Of a stretch of 64,000 nt of DNA, positions 13,901 to 25,843 are shown piece by piece. The DNA lies in the NCBI RefSeq assembly GCF_016433145.1, contig NC_058130.1, positions 704,164,639-704,228,638 of the forward strand, in the 5' to 3' direction. The notes under the pieces were generated by a model. The model made no database searches. It was not told the DNA's origin and worked only from the letters and a program-made list of their open reading frames with translations. The stretch is from Gracilinanus agilis (lineage: Eukaryota). A program made the translations under genes and the position numbers. How positions within the stretch are numbered: position 1 is the first letter of the stretch; the number at the start of each line of letters is the position of its first letter.

Positions 13901-15790
13901 TACTAAGGCAGAAAAGGTTTTTTGTTGTTTTTTTTTAAAATAAATGTAAAGAAAGAAAGAAAGAATTTAATGAAAACAACAACAAAAACAACAAAACCAT
14001 CAAGTTAAGAGTTAGGAAATCTGAGTTCTACTCCCAGTTGTATCACTGACTTGGTGTTTGACTTTGGCTAGGCCCTAGCTTTGTCTGAATTTTCCCTTAT
14101 CTACAACAGTCAGGAATACTGGTCTAAGTAAGTAACCAATAGGGTCCCTTCCAATTCTAAATGTTTTAATGATTCTGTGAATCTAATAGGAACAACAGAA
14201 TAAGAATAAAAAGTAGACCAGTCTTGGAATTTGTTTGGAACATTAAAAAACCTAGTCTACTTTGACTTTAACCCTGGTATGGTTTGGAGTTAGCAATATT
14301 TCCACAACTAGAGGAGTCTTCCTAGTCACCACTTCCTAGATCTACCTTATGTCTTTATACATAGAAACAGGTAGTGATGGAGAGTATAAGTCAGCTATTC
14401 AATCACAGAATTTCAGAGTATCCAGAAAACCAAAAACTATACCTAGAAACCAAGTCAAATGTCAAAGGTACCCTTCTTCCTTGCCTTCTTTTCCACCCCC
14501 CCAACTGTCCCTTCCGTAAGGACACTCACTCATTAGGGGTGACACAGTCCTTGATGTATGCCTTCTCCAGGGCTTGCATCGTCTTCACCACAGCAAATAA
14601 CTCTGCCATGTTGTCATACCTAAAGGTGTGGACCTGGTTAATCAAGTTGGTAGTTCCCAGGTTTAAGAAGCATGTTACTCCACCCTTCTCCTATGACCAG
14701 CCATGACTACATGACCACAAGCTACCCTAGACTGCAATGCTGAAGGCTCATAAGAAAGAAATGTCCACAGATCTCCAGGTAATGGTAACCACAGAGAGCC
14801 AAGGAGATAAGAGTAGGATTAGGGGAGCAGTGATTTCTTAACATTTCAATACTACCCAACTCAAGGAATAGAGATCAGCAGTTATAGCCAAGTCCACTGA
14901 GATTCTCTCCAGGGTTCTCCAAGTACCCTTTTGTAATTGCAACCAGCCCTAGCCTTCAATGGCCTCAAGGATGCAACAGAGCATGACCCTCAGTGATTTG
15001 TCTGGAGATGACCAACAGAAGGGAAGGCTCTAATGTGGTGGGGACCCTCCCCATCCCCACCCTCCTTCAATAAGGCCTTCTTCTTTCTCCATGTTCTCTT
15101 AGGGACTCACTTCTCTCTTTCCCGGGCATTCTTGTACAGCTTCACTTCCTGCAGGAGAGAAAAGAGAACCTTTCTAAGCTCAGTCTTATTAAACAAGAGG
15201 CAAACCCAGAGCCCATTTTATTTAGGCCTACAGAAATATGTAGCTGGCAGTTGATAAGATGGCTCACTCTCAGACTCTCTCCTCTCTTCCTACCAAAGGA
15301 TGAGGGGGATGCACCTGGGGAGGAGGGGAGAGGAGGCAGGGACTGAGGCTAATGGGGACATTTGAGGAATCCCCCCAACAGAAGGTAGCACTCACCTCAT
15401 ACAGCTCGGGCTTATTCCCAGGGGCTGAAAACAAAGAAAATAGTAGACCAAGTCTCCATTCTTAGCTACTATCTCCAGCCGGCCCGCCCCCTATTCTCTG
15501 TAGGTGCTCCTTAAATAAACACGAAGTCTTCGCCTGGTACACCCTGAACTCAGCTCTCTACCTCTGGGGGTGGGGGGTGTCCACAGTAGAGGAAGCCTGA
15601 GGCAGCGCCCCACCCCCTCCCTTAGGCCCGGGTTCCAGGCGCCCCCTGCAGGTGGTCCCCCTGCAGATGGTGCCCCAGCTTCCCTCTCACTCCCCCAGCC
15701 TCTCTCGGAGAGCGCTCCCGCTTGCCTCCCCGTCTTGGCGGTAGGTCACTCACCTCCCATTCCGGGATTGGCAGGGATTCCATGAAACAT
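7945..15790 (-). CDS. VPS28: ESCRT-I subunit VPS28, complete 9-exon CDS (666 nt, 221 aa)
   Basis: Coding exons (minus): 15754-15790, 15396-15424, 15111-15148, 14530-14619, 12278-12383, 12023-12124, 8595-8648, 8301-8392, 7945-8062. All introns are GT-AG. Translation [34 protein letters not shown]...[57 protein letters not shown]...[14 protein letters not shown](TAA) is nearly identical to the mammalian VPS28 I recall. Confidence 0.98.
10947..11008. repeat. (TG)17 microsatellite plus alternating purine-pyrimidine tract
   Basis: (TG)17 at 10947-10980 followed by gcgcgcgcacgtgtgtgtgtacatatat. Confidence 0.95.
11010..11800 (-). mobile_element. CR1/L3 LINE ORF1 fossil in VPS28 intron
   Basis: Decayed frames give [30 protein letters not shown] (CR1 ORF1 zinc-finger/leucine-zipper-like), then [10 protein letters not shown]...[10 protein letters not shown] and [13 protein letters not shown]...VDLTRA (SGNH esterase-like blocks). 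Confidence 0.7.
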
Positions 15791-16160
15791 ACTTGGTGGC
15801 TGGGCCCGGGCTTCCCTTGCACTCACGACGTTGAAACCAGGGAGGGCCAGGAGAGAGCTGCCGCGAAGCCTTCCTTTCGAAGACAAGGCTCGGGGGCGCT
15901 TGAAACCTCAGCCCCGCCTCGGAGCCGAACTGTCGAGCCCCCACCTGGATCTGCTAAGCACCCCGTTCCTGGGGCTCGCTCTTCTCAGCGGCATTCGATC
16001 TGTCGAGCCAAGATGGCGCGATATCGGATCTTTCGGACGAGCGATGTTTCGGCGCTCGTCTGGGTTTGCCGAAAACCCCACGCCTGCGCAGATCCTCAGG
16101 ACTGAGAGGCTGCTGGTGACAAGAGCTTCACAAACTTCTCTGGTTGGCCGGGTCGAGGTT
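15590..16160. promoter_or_regulatory. CpG-island promoter of VPS28
   Basis: CpG-dense stretch overlapping the first coding exon. YY1-type CAAGATGGCG at 16009-16018 and NRF1-like CGCCTGCGCA at 16081-16090. Confidence 0.8.
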
Positions 16161-16529
16161 GTGCAATTCTCTAGCTGGCACACCTGCCTGAGTGGTGGTC
16201 TTGAGTCCTGGGAAGAGATCCCTTATTGTATTAAGGCCTTTCGAAGACCATTTTTTGTTGTTGTTTGTTTCCATGCACAGAACTGAGTCAGCACGTGTCC
16301 TACAGCTGGCTCTCTCTATCCCATTTTACGTGGGGCTGGTTGTACTGGGCGGGACATTAGTTTGCTCCAAAATCTTCCATCCCAGGCCAGACCCTCAGGT
16401 CCACAGCAAAGGGTGATCGGGTCTTTTGTTTCCTTCCGTTTGAAATTGGACTAGGGGCAATTCCTGCCAGCACTAAATCTAGTCTCCTGAAAAAAATTTC
16501 AAAAGGCTCTCTTAGGAGGAGGTTTCTCC

Positions 16530-17254
16530 TGTCGACATGGAATCTAGAAACCCCAAACTTGTAGCCTAGTAAGATCTGATGAACCCCAAGTTTTAGGACA
16601 AGCTTGTAAGTTGGAGACCCCAAAGCTTGTACTTGTTCCCTGTTGCCATTAGAATCCACCCTGAAGGGAATCTCAAGCTAGCAGTTTCAGACTGAATAAT
16701 GGTCCCTAGGGTAAATGACTCTCATGCTTAGGTGGAGCTAGGTGTATGCTAAATACTCTCTTTGTCTTAAGTAGTCTTCCCCAAAGTATCAGAGACCTTC
16801 TTCTTTTCCCCCCCCCCCCCAAAGACCCACTCCAGGGAGGGGACCATCCTTTTAGTGTCCATCATGGGTAGCCCCTTCCCTCACACCCTAGCTCTGGGCT
16901 ATGATTCCTTTTCCTAGCTTGATTGTATCCTGTCAATATATTTTGAACACTCCCATTTCCTTGTAGACTGACTGTAATGTCAGTCATCTTTCCCTGCCCC
17001 TGGATCTCCCCAAATGGTATATAAGTTTCTCAAATTCTTTTGTTCCTTGGAATTGTCTGATCTAGCCAGGTTGCCTTTTCCAGGGGTCCGGGACCAGAGC
17101 AACTAGAGTTCAATCCTCAAACTCTGTGTAGGGATGTGGCCATGTGGGGCACAACTCTATGTAGAGACCTAACTCAGCCCTGTTATCCATTTCCTTAATT
17201 AAAGAATGGTTTTTCTGACTATTTAATAGTTCTGTGTTTTTTTCTGAGTCAACA
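16530..17254 (+). mobile_element. Solo ERV LTR (~725 bp)
   Basis: TGTCGA...TCAACA termini, TATATAA at 17018-17024, ATTAAA at 17198-17203, no PBS after the 3' end. Same family as the arms at 27798-28219. Confidence 0.8.
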
Positions 17255-18431
17255 CTAGTTACTAAAGAACAGGAGTTGAGTAACAAACACTTTTCTAGGA
17301 ACTTGGGGAGTGTGTGAACTTCACTTTGGGCTAGGAGGCAAATAGTGGAGAAGCCAGAGAGAAAGGTGATGAGACAATTTCTTGTTAAGTCTAAATGGTT
17401 ATTTTGTGCCAAAACAAGGGGAGTTGTCCCTGAAGAGCTTTTTTTTTTCTGATGGCTGAGGTTGGGAATATAGTGAGGCTGAAGAGAACACCTTTCTTCA
17501 ACTACTAGAATCTTCCTGAGATCCTGAACAAACTAAAATGGTCAACTCTGTTCCCAGAAGTTGTCATACACAATTACAATGAGATCTGAGATGACTAATG
17601 ATTTTTATAAATGAAATAGGTAAATAATTATGCCTGTTATTAATTTCATTGTTAACAAATTATATATTTAGTAACTTGAATATTTACAAAGCCCTACATC
17701 AAGGGATTTTATATATAAATGAGTGCCTACCAGTGGGAAAGGTTTCTCATCCTATGAAATAATATTCAGGGAACTGAGGTAGGGGACTTTGGACTTAAAT
17801 GGACTTTGAGATTTTGAAATTTCATTAATGAGGAAATAAAGAAACATACTCCTGAATTACCCCAGAGCCTAGGATAACTGTGGGAACAAGTAGCAGGCTC
17901 AAGGGTTGTTCTACTAATTCTATACACTACTTGGGCAACTGAAACTTGCCTATTACTCTCCTAGATTACCAGAGAGATTTGGGTCCTAGAAACACCAGTT
18001 CCCTAACAGGCTTTGTGGCTCCTTCAATTATTGGCAGTGAGTTGGGGAATGAGCAATAAACAATTGAGACAAGGATCAGCAAGAGGGTGATGTAGATAAA
18101 TAAAACCAGAAGCAGTGATGTACTTATTTTTTTTTTTAGACCCTTACCATTTGTCTTGGAGTCAATACCGTATATTGGTTCCAAGGCAGAAGAGTGGTAA
18201 GGGCTAGGCAATGGAGGTTAAGTGACTTGCCTAGGGTCACACAGCTAGGAAGTGTCTGAGGTCAAATTTGAACCTAGGACTTCCTGTCTTTAGGCCTGGC
18301 TCTCAATCCACTGAGCTATCCAGCTGCCCCCAGAAGCAGTGATTTATTGAGGATTTTAAAAGTCTAAGTCCATGGGTGGGTTTATTGGAGCTGGTCAGGT
18401 ATATAAATAGAGGAAAGAGAAACAATGCTGT

Positions 18432-18626
18432 TCAATGGCATTCAAAGAAAAATTTATGGTGGTGATTCAGCATGAAGGGAGGCAGGATACTGTTTGTAGG
18501 CCAACTGCTGGCTTAGGACTTGATGGTCAGTAAGTCTAAGTTTGCTACAACACAGCTGTAACTCTTGAAGCTGTGAGGTGATTTTACCCTATGTGCAGCT
18601 GCCCAAGGGCCCTTCGATGGAGCATC
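18432..18626 (-). pseudogene. TONSL: TONSL last exon (exon 26) remnant, disrupted
   Basis: GCSIEGPLGSCT*GKITSQLQELQLCCSKLRLTDHQVLSQ aligns without gaps to human [40 protein letters not shown]. TAG at 18589-18591 replaces Trp. The tail (FMLNHHHKFFFECH*, cf. CTLDHGSKLFFRRL*) is in another frame, consistent with 195 nt versus the expected 194. AATAAA at 18381-18386. Confidence 0.88.
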
Positions 18627-18634
18627 CTTTAAAG

Positions 18635-18840
18635 CAGTGATGGGAAAACTTTTTAAAAAGGGGGCCAAAGGAAAGGAAATGCTCATCTGTCAGTCTGTTT
18701 CTAAGGCAACTCTTTCGAAGTTTCATTGTATTGTATCCTACTCATTGTATTCATCAGATTAGGAATAATGTCACCCACTGCTGGATAGAACATTTCAGGA
18801 GACTGCATCTGACAGGTGGGCCATAGTTTGCCTGTCACTG
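18635..18840. mobile_element. hAT/Charlie-type MITE (206 bp)
   Basis: TIRs CAGTGATGGGAAAACT / AGTTTGCCTGTCACTG (13/16 match), MER58/Charlie-like terminal pattern. Left flank is the 8-mer CTTTAAAG; the right TSD copy is not seen because L1 sequence abuts. Confidence 0.8.
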
Positions 18841-20430
18841 AACTGGAGGAATTCCATGTGAACTGGAAAGATCTCCAGGAATTGATGCAGAGTGAAAGGA
18901 GCAGAACAGGGAGAACATTGTACACAGAGACTGATACATTATGGCACAATTGAATGTAATAGACTTTTCTACTAGCAGCAATGCAATGATCAGGACAATT
19001 CTGAGGGACTTATGAGAAAGAACCCTATCAATATCCAGAGAAAGAACTGTGGGAGTTGAAACACAGAAGAAAAACATATTATTGATCACATAGTTCAATG
19101 GGAATTGTAATGCAAGGTGGCTAACAGAAACTTTTTGCTTCTGTAATTTCTAACGGTCACAAAAAGTCAGTTAAACATCTTAGAATCTTCAGAAAGTCAG
19201 CTAGAACTTAAAGCTATAAATAGAGGTGAAGTTCCAACTGAGGGGGCTTTTGCCTTCTGACTTTTGCTTTTCGCTGGAGGCTTTTGCTTTGGCCTTTCTG
19301 CTTGCCTTTGCTTCGGCCTTGGCCTGTGCTTATTTTGTCTTGGGAAATTTGGACCTATCTCATTTCTCTGGACCTCTCCCTGATTTCCCATCTCCATCCC
19401 TCCCCTTCCCTGAATTTCCTTTGGGTCCTGAGTGGAAGGGAGGGCTTGGCGATTAGACATTGTGGATTTTAGTTTCTATAGTGTAAAATTGGAATTTGGG
19501 AGACGCCATCAATAATGGCTGGGGCGGCAGTTTTGAATTCTTACCGGCACGTGGTCTAATGGTTTTACCAGCATGGCCATGGCTTTAATTAAACTACTAA
19601 TTTATATTATTATATCAGTCTTTATCATTTTTTAATCTTAACAATAGACAAGTAGAGTATCCTCAAATAAGTTACCCCTAGATTTGATAAAGACTTTACT
19701 TAAAAGGCAGTCAAATCTTCCTGACTGGGAGAGCCGGACTCTCTCTGTCTAAACCTCTCCGCAACCCATCTGCCACCATTACCCTCTCCCTATCAGCAGT
19801 TAGAAAACCCTGAACCCCTCTGCCCTTCTGACTGACTCTGGTATTAATAAATCCCCTTGTTACCTATTCAAACCCTTTGGTGAATCAGTGAATTATTGTG
19901 TCGAAAATTAAATCAAGGGCTTAAGGGGAAGGAATCATTTTTCTTTTATTTCTTGAAAGAACTGGGGGCATCCATCTTGGCAGGAAGTACCTACCTCAAG
20001 ACTTCGACCAGCCATCAGTTTGACTGGCAGGGAGGGGCCCCCTGGACTCCTCCCTCAAGAGACTTGAGAAACTAATAAGAAAAACCCTCCAGCCAAACCT
20101 AAACATTTTCTTACTGGCCCTAGTTTCCTCCCTGTATCCTCTCTGTCTCAAGCCTCTGGGAATAAACCTGTTTGAGCTGCCCTCTCCTACATACCCCATT
20201 TCCTTTATCTCCTATATACCTTCCCTTATCTTCATTCTCCTCCAATCACCTTATAATTCCCTATAACCCCATTATCCTTCCTCACACCCAAACTGCATTT
20301 GTTAACCCACTCAGATAATTTATTTACTTTTTATAACAGAATATGATTGGGGATGTTGACATTAAATGATCACTCTATTGCAAATATTAATAATATGGAA
20401 ATAGGTTTTGAACAATGATACATGTAAACA
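18841..20430 (+). mobile_element. L1 3'-end fragment split by the LTR insertion (18841-19105 and 20339-20430)
   Basis: Marsupial L1 3' motifs (gaattgatgcagagtgaaaggagcagaac...atatgattggggatgttgac...aatatggaaataggttttg). Confidence 0.75.
19106..20338 (+). mobile_element. Composite ERV LTR insertion nested in an L1 3' fragment
   Basis: TG start, CA end, 4-bp TSD GAAT (19102-19105 / 20339-20342). L1 3'-end sequence resumes across it. An internal LTR-like end (cttaaca, 19643) and TATA box (ctataaatag) suggest two LTR units. Confidence 0.7.
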
Positions 20431-22869
20431 CTTCCCTCAAAAAGGTTATAATTTTTATATTGCCAAAGCAGCAATAGCTCTCCAGCCTCTTGACAGATTA
20501 GGATCCCTTGCCTCATGTGATTCTTTTTGTTTATTATATTTACCCCCAGAACATTTTTCCTACTATTTCCCATTTATAACAAATTATACATCATCAAAGT
20601 AAAAAAAAAAAAAACCTTCATTGTTATTGTGGAAACCCAGATGGTTCCATATGCAAAGACTAAAAAAAAGTATGGAACAGAAGAATAGGAAAGATTGTAT
20701 AGAAAGCAGCTAAGAAGGAGTGGAAAGAGTTGCACTGGAAAGGCAAAGGAAAATTAAACTCAACATTATTCAGCACCTACTATGTGCAAGGTCCAGCTTT
20801 TATCTCTATAAATGCTGAAAGTCAAAGAACAGAAAACAAGAAAGAAGATAGAAGACTACTGATGACAAACTTGTGTGCACTTATCAGTCTTGAAACAAGT
20901 ATATCACTTAGCTCATCACCTCATCACACAAAAGCTCTGCAATGATGTTACTGAATTAAGTAACTTCACTAGAAAACTAAGTAAATTAAGTAACTTCACT
21001 AGAAAAACAAATTTCTTGAGGGCAGGAACAAAGCCTAGACTTTTTTTTTTTCCAGTAATTAGTCATTAAGTACTTCCTACAAAATTGAACTTTGTACTTA
21101 TACCTTGTCTGGGAGACATTTTGAAAGAGTTGGTCCAATCCTGCCAATTTCACCTCCATATTTTTTGTACTCCCCACCCTTATTCTCATTGATGTTACTC
21201 TCTAACAGGCTCACATGATTACCATGTACTTATACACTGCTGTGGTTAGCCTCCCTCTGGCTCCTGCTCTAAACATAATCTTTTTATAAGGATCCTATCA
21301 CTTCCCTGCTCAAATATCTCTAATGCTTCCTTAACTGAGTCAAGTCCAAATTCCCCTGCCTGACAAGATCCTAGAAAATTTGGTGTCCACCCAACCTTCC
21401 CAAACCCCAGCCTTTTGATCAAGCTGTTTCCTTTTCCTGGAATGTTTTCCACCCATTTCTTCATCTGTTCAATAAGTATTTATCTCAAATGCCACTTTCT
21501 CTAGGAAGCCTTTCCTGGTCACCATTAATAAGAACTTTCCTCTTTAGGGTGGATCATATCACATCATGGGTACCTTTCTAATGCTGCTTTCACAAAGCTG
21601 TCTGTTATCTATGTTTGCCCCATTCCTCCACTAAACTATATTCTATATCTCCTGTCAGCATTAGCACAGTGCTTTCCAAGTACAAAATAGGTGCTTAATA
21701 CATATGGTCAGTGAAAGCTGAATAAAACCATTTGGAACACTACATAATAGATTCCCATTGCCTGCTGACTGACCTCCAAAGATCTTTCCTTGGTTGGACT
21801 GACCCTAAAAGCAATGAGGTGAGGCCTATTCTAGCCATGATCATGATAGGGATACTGAGACCTATTCCCTCTCATATCATGTCAGAGTTGGAAATGTCTT
21901 CAGAGATGGTCTAACTCAATGAGTCCTAGAGCAGTAATCCTCTTAAATAGAGCTACATGTAGTCATCCAGTCTTAGGAGAAGATCTTGAGTGCTGAGGAG
22001 CCAACATCCACTGCATCCATGGACAGATCTAATTGCTAGGACATTTTCCCAGATACCAAGTTTTAATTTGTTGCAATGAACTCCTACATTTTTTTTTTAA
22101 ACCCTTACCTTCCATCTTAGAATCAATACTGTGTATTGGCTCCAAGGCAGAAGAGTGGTAAAGCTAGGCAATGGGGGTAAAGTGACTTGCCCAGGGTCAC
22201 ACAGCTGGGAAATGTCTGAGGCCAGATTTGAACCTAGGACCTCCCATCTCTAGGCCTGGCTCTCAATCCACTGAGCTGTCCACTCCCACATTTTTTGATA
22301 CAGTATACCTGGTTTTGCTATCTTGCAACCAGGCATAAGAAATCACTATTCATTGGCTTCGATGGAAAAGACCTCTATTACCTGAAGACAGATAAAGTGC
22401 CCCCTCACTAACCCATCTTTGCTGCAAGCTAAGACCATTCCTATTTACTTTATTGATTTATTTATAAAACCCTTTCTTTTTGTCTTAGAATTGATGCTGT
22501 GTTTTAATTCTAAAGAAGAAGAGTGGTAAGAGTTAGGCAATAAGGGATGAATGACTTACCCAGGGTCACACAGGTAGGATATATCTGAGGCCAGATTGTA
22601 ACCCAGGACCACCCATCTCCAAGCCTGGCTCTCTATCCAATGAACCACCAAGCTGCCTTCATACTTACTTTAAATAATATTCAAAAGGATGCTCTTGAGG
22701 ATCTCAACCTTCCTGGTTTTTCTGCTTTCCAGTTTGGTACCCAGAACTGACACCTTTCTTAATTTATTATGATTGTCTTGTCTTACCTTTTCTGGTTGCC
22801 ACAGTAGGCTGCTGACTGATTCATACTGGATTTGCAGTGAGATCTTTTATTTTAAAACTTCTTTATAGC

Positions 22870-23060
22870 CACATTCCCCATATTTTGTTTATGAAGATGA
22901 TATTTGAACCCAAATGTAAGACTTTATATTTATTCCAATTAAATTCAAACTTATTAGACTCAGCCCAGTGTCCTAGCCTCTTAATAAATTGTTGGAACCT
23001 GATTCTGTGAACTAATGTGCTAATTATTCCTCCCTGCTTTGAAAAGCAAACATTAAGTTG
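22870..23060 (-). mobile_element. CR1/L3 ORF2 (RT C-terminal) fragment
   Basis: RIRFQQFIKRLGHWAESNKFEFNWNKYKVLHLGSN resembles the CR1 ORF2 motif RLEHWAESNKMKFNRDKCKVLHLG. L3 3' pieces also at ~48750-48980 and ~50990-51210. Confidence 0.75.
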
Positions 23061-24585
23061 GATCTTAAATACAGATGTGCAGAATACAGAGGCATAACAA
23101 TCCATTGCCTTACCTTCTTGGTCACCTGATTTTTTTTTAAGTGAGGTCATGTGATTGGGATTAGATCAGAGATCTCCAGTTAGCCTCTGATAACTGCCTT
23201 GGCTCACATTTACTTTTAATATTTCTTACAACAGAAGCTGCTAATGAGTCAATTAGAAATATTACATGTGGCTAATGAATAGAAATTTGGTGAAACAATG
23301 ATTACTAGGTATCTCAGGAATTAATTTCAGATTCCTAACTGGCAACATTCCTCTCTCCCACTAGGCTTCAAGGAAAGGAAAGTATAATGCCAGGGCTTTT
23401 TAATGCTATCTGTGGTTGATAAGATTTCTAAGAACAAATGAAAAGCTCAGTAAAGAAGTTTACTGATGAAAATAGGACCAGGTGATCTACTTGGACAGCA
23501 AATAACTAGTTGAATAATCCTAAGGAGACAATTTCCCAACATTTGGTTCCTCATCCTAAATCCCTTCTCCTAGGAAAGGAAGGGGATGAGGAGGAATTTG
23601 TTAAAACAAGGTTAGAAACCTTGATGACCAACTCTCTCAGAATCAAATTCTGGGTATGAATCATTCCCTTTGGGCCAAGCCAAGTAGAAATGCTACGTCC
23701 TCTCCACAGAGATCATAAGAAGGGATGTTAACCCCTACTTTTCAAATTCAATAGGATACCAAGTTCATTTTATTTAAATTTTTTTTTATTTTTTAGAAAA
23801 AAATTTTCCATGGTTACATGATTCATGTTCTTGTTCTCTCTCCCCCCACCTCCCCACACACTATAGCCAACATGCCTTTCCACTGGTTTCTTTATGTGTA
23901 ATCGATCAAGACCTATTTCCATATTATTGATAATTGCTCTAGGGTGGTCATTAAGAGTCCACCTCAATCCATGTGTTCAAGCAGTTGTTTTTCTTCTGTG
24001 TTTCCATTCCTATAGTTCTTCCTCTGCACTTGATCTTAGCCAAAAGGCAGAAAAGCAATTATAGTTCTTACTCTAAATGTGGGTAGCATTCTTTTCCATA
24101 AATCCCTCAGAATTGTCCAAGGTCATTACATTGCTGCTAGTACAGAAGTCCATTACATTCGATTTTGCCACAGTTTATCCGTCTCTGTGTACAATGATCT
24201 CCTGGTTCTGCTCCTTTCACTCTGCATCAGTTCCTGGAAGTCATTCCAGTTCACATGGAATTCCTCCAGTTCATTATTCCTTTGAGCACAATAGTATTCC
24301 ATCACCAACAAGGATACCAAGTTCAGAAGGTTATAGAATAAGCATTCAGGTTCCCCAATCTGCCCAAGATAACATGTTTCCTTCCTTTGAGTCTTCCCAC
24401 AGCTCCTAAAACAAGTTTTCCTTAATAGGTGGCATTTCTTTCACTTTTCTGATAGACTGCATCATATTTCATCACAAAATGGCATTATATCCATGTTTTG
24501 ATCAAATGAAAGTCGAGACATAAAATATCCCAACTAAATTGACTTGGAGTTGAGGGTAAAAAGTCAGGGTGACCAAAATTCTCAC

Positions 24586-24719
24586 CTGCAAGACCAAGGA
24601 AGTCAAGGCCAGAATTTCTTTCCTGAAGGGTTGACAGGATCTCTTCCAGGCTGGCACGGCTAATTTTAGGATTGGCAGTCAGATCCAGTGAGATTAATGA
24701 GGGGCAGATGGGAAGACAT
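24586..24719 (-). pseudogene. TONSL: TONSL exon 25 remnant (LRR), open frame, intact AG/GT
   Basis: 134 nt; (R)[44 protein letters not shown](G) vs human [46 protein letters not shown]; tttctag acceptor, gtgaga donor. Confidence 0.92.
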
Positions 24720-25769
24720 CTAGAAAGATAAGACAAAAGGAAGTGGGGAATAGATCCAGAAGGGAGAGAATAAGGAAGAAATTGATAGCCAACAACCACT
24801 TGCCCTTTACAGCCAACACAGTGCTAGGGAATCTTTTTCCACCCAATTCAACAAACATTAAGTTCCTATTGAGGAGCAACACCCTTAAGATAAAAAGATT
24901 AAAATAATACGAGGCAGAAAAAACTAGTTTTAGTCAGTCCTTGGAATTCAGGTATAGACAAGGTAAGCCCCATCATACCAAATACATTTATAATTCAGGA
25001 TGCTAAAAGAAGCTTCACTTTGTCTCTTCAAATAACCTCAAGAAGGTGGGGTAGGAGTCTTCCCTAATACAGTCTAGTTAAAGACAAAAGCTACTGGTTC
25101 CTAGGAGTTACTATAGAATCATATAACAGTCCAAGGGACCAGAAAGAGGAAAGCTTGTCCTCGTCTTTATCTATATAGCTCCTTGAATCTCCATGCTGTA
25201 ACTGATGTGTTCTGTCATGGGATCTGGGTAAACAGAAGTGTTTATAGGTGTTAATGACTAACAGGACTGTAGACAAAAAACAGAATGGTAAGACTGAAGG
25301 ACACCAGGACTCAGGTGAACAGATAAAGGAAGAAGGGGCTTAGGAGCCTAAGCAAAGAGGAGAGAAAAGAATGAAAACGGTGTTTGGACCGAAGATGAAA
25401 AGCTAGGTAAAATGAAGAAGAGAATTTGGGACAGTCAAGTAAAACAGAGGAGAGTGTGGGCTAGCAATAATTGGAATTGCACTTGGGTGGTCAGACAGAA
25501 GCATCTAGAACCATGAATTCATTAAGGCTTGCCTGGCCCTATGTCTGCCACCCTGGATTAACTATCTTCATGTTTGTGGTAAAGGATTGTTTGTGTTTTC
25601 AAGATACCTGGTATGAGAAGTTGTTTGCCTGCTGAGAGGGACACTGTAGGAAGCAAGGAAGTTGGGCTGTATTTTCTGGACTATCCCCTCATCTTGGCTA
25701 GTGTGATACTATAGGCAGGCAGCAGAATGTTTGTCCTAGGCATGGTAGAAGCCCTGGATCCCATGTTAC

Positions 25770-25843
25770 CTGGTCAGACTTCTTATGGCTTCATCATTCA
25801 GGTGGTTGCCAGACAGGGTCAGATGTGTCAGAGCACAGCCATC
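25770..25843 (-). pseudogene. TONSL: TONSL exon 24 remnant (LRR), open frame, intact AG/GT
   Basis: 74 nt; DGCALTHLTLSGNHLNDEAIRSLT(R) vs human [25 protein letters not shown]; phases join correctly to the neighbouring exons. Confidence 0.92.
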
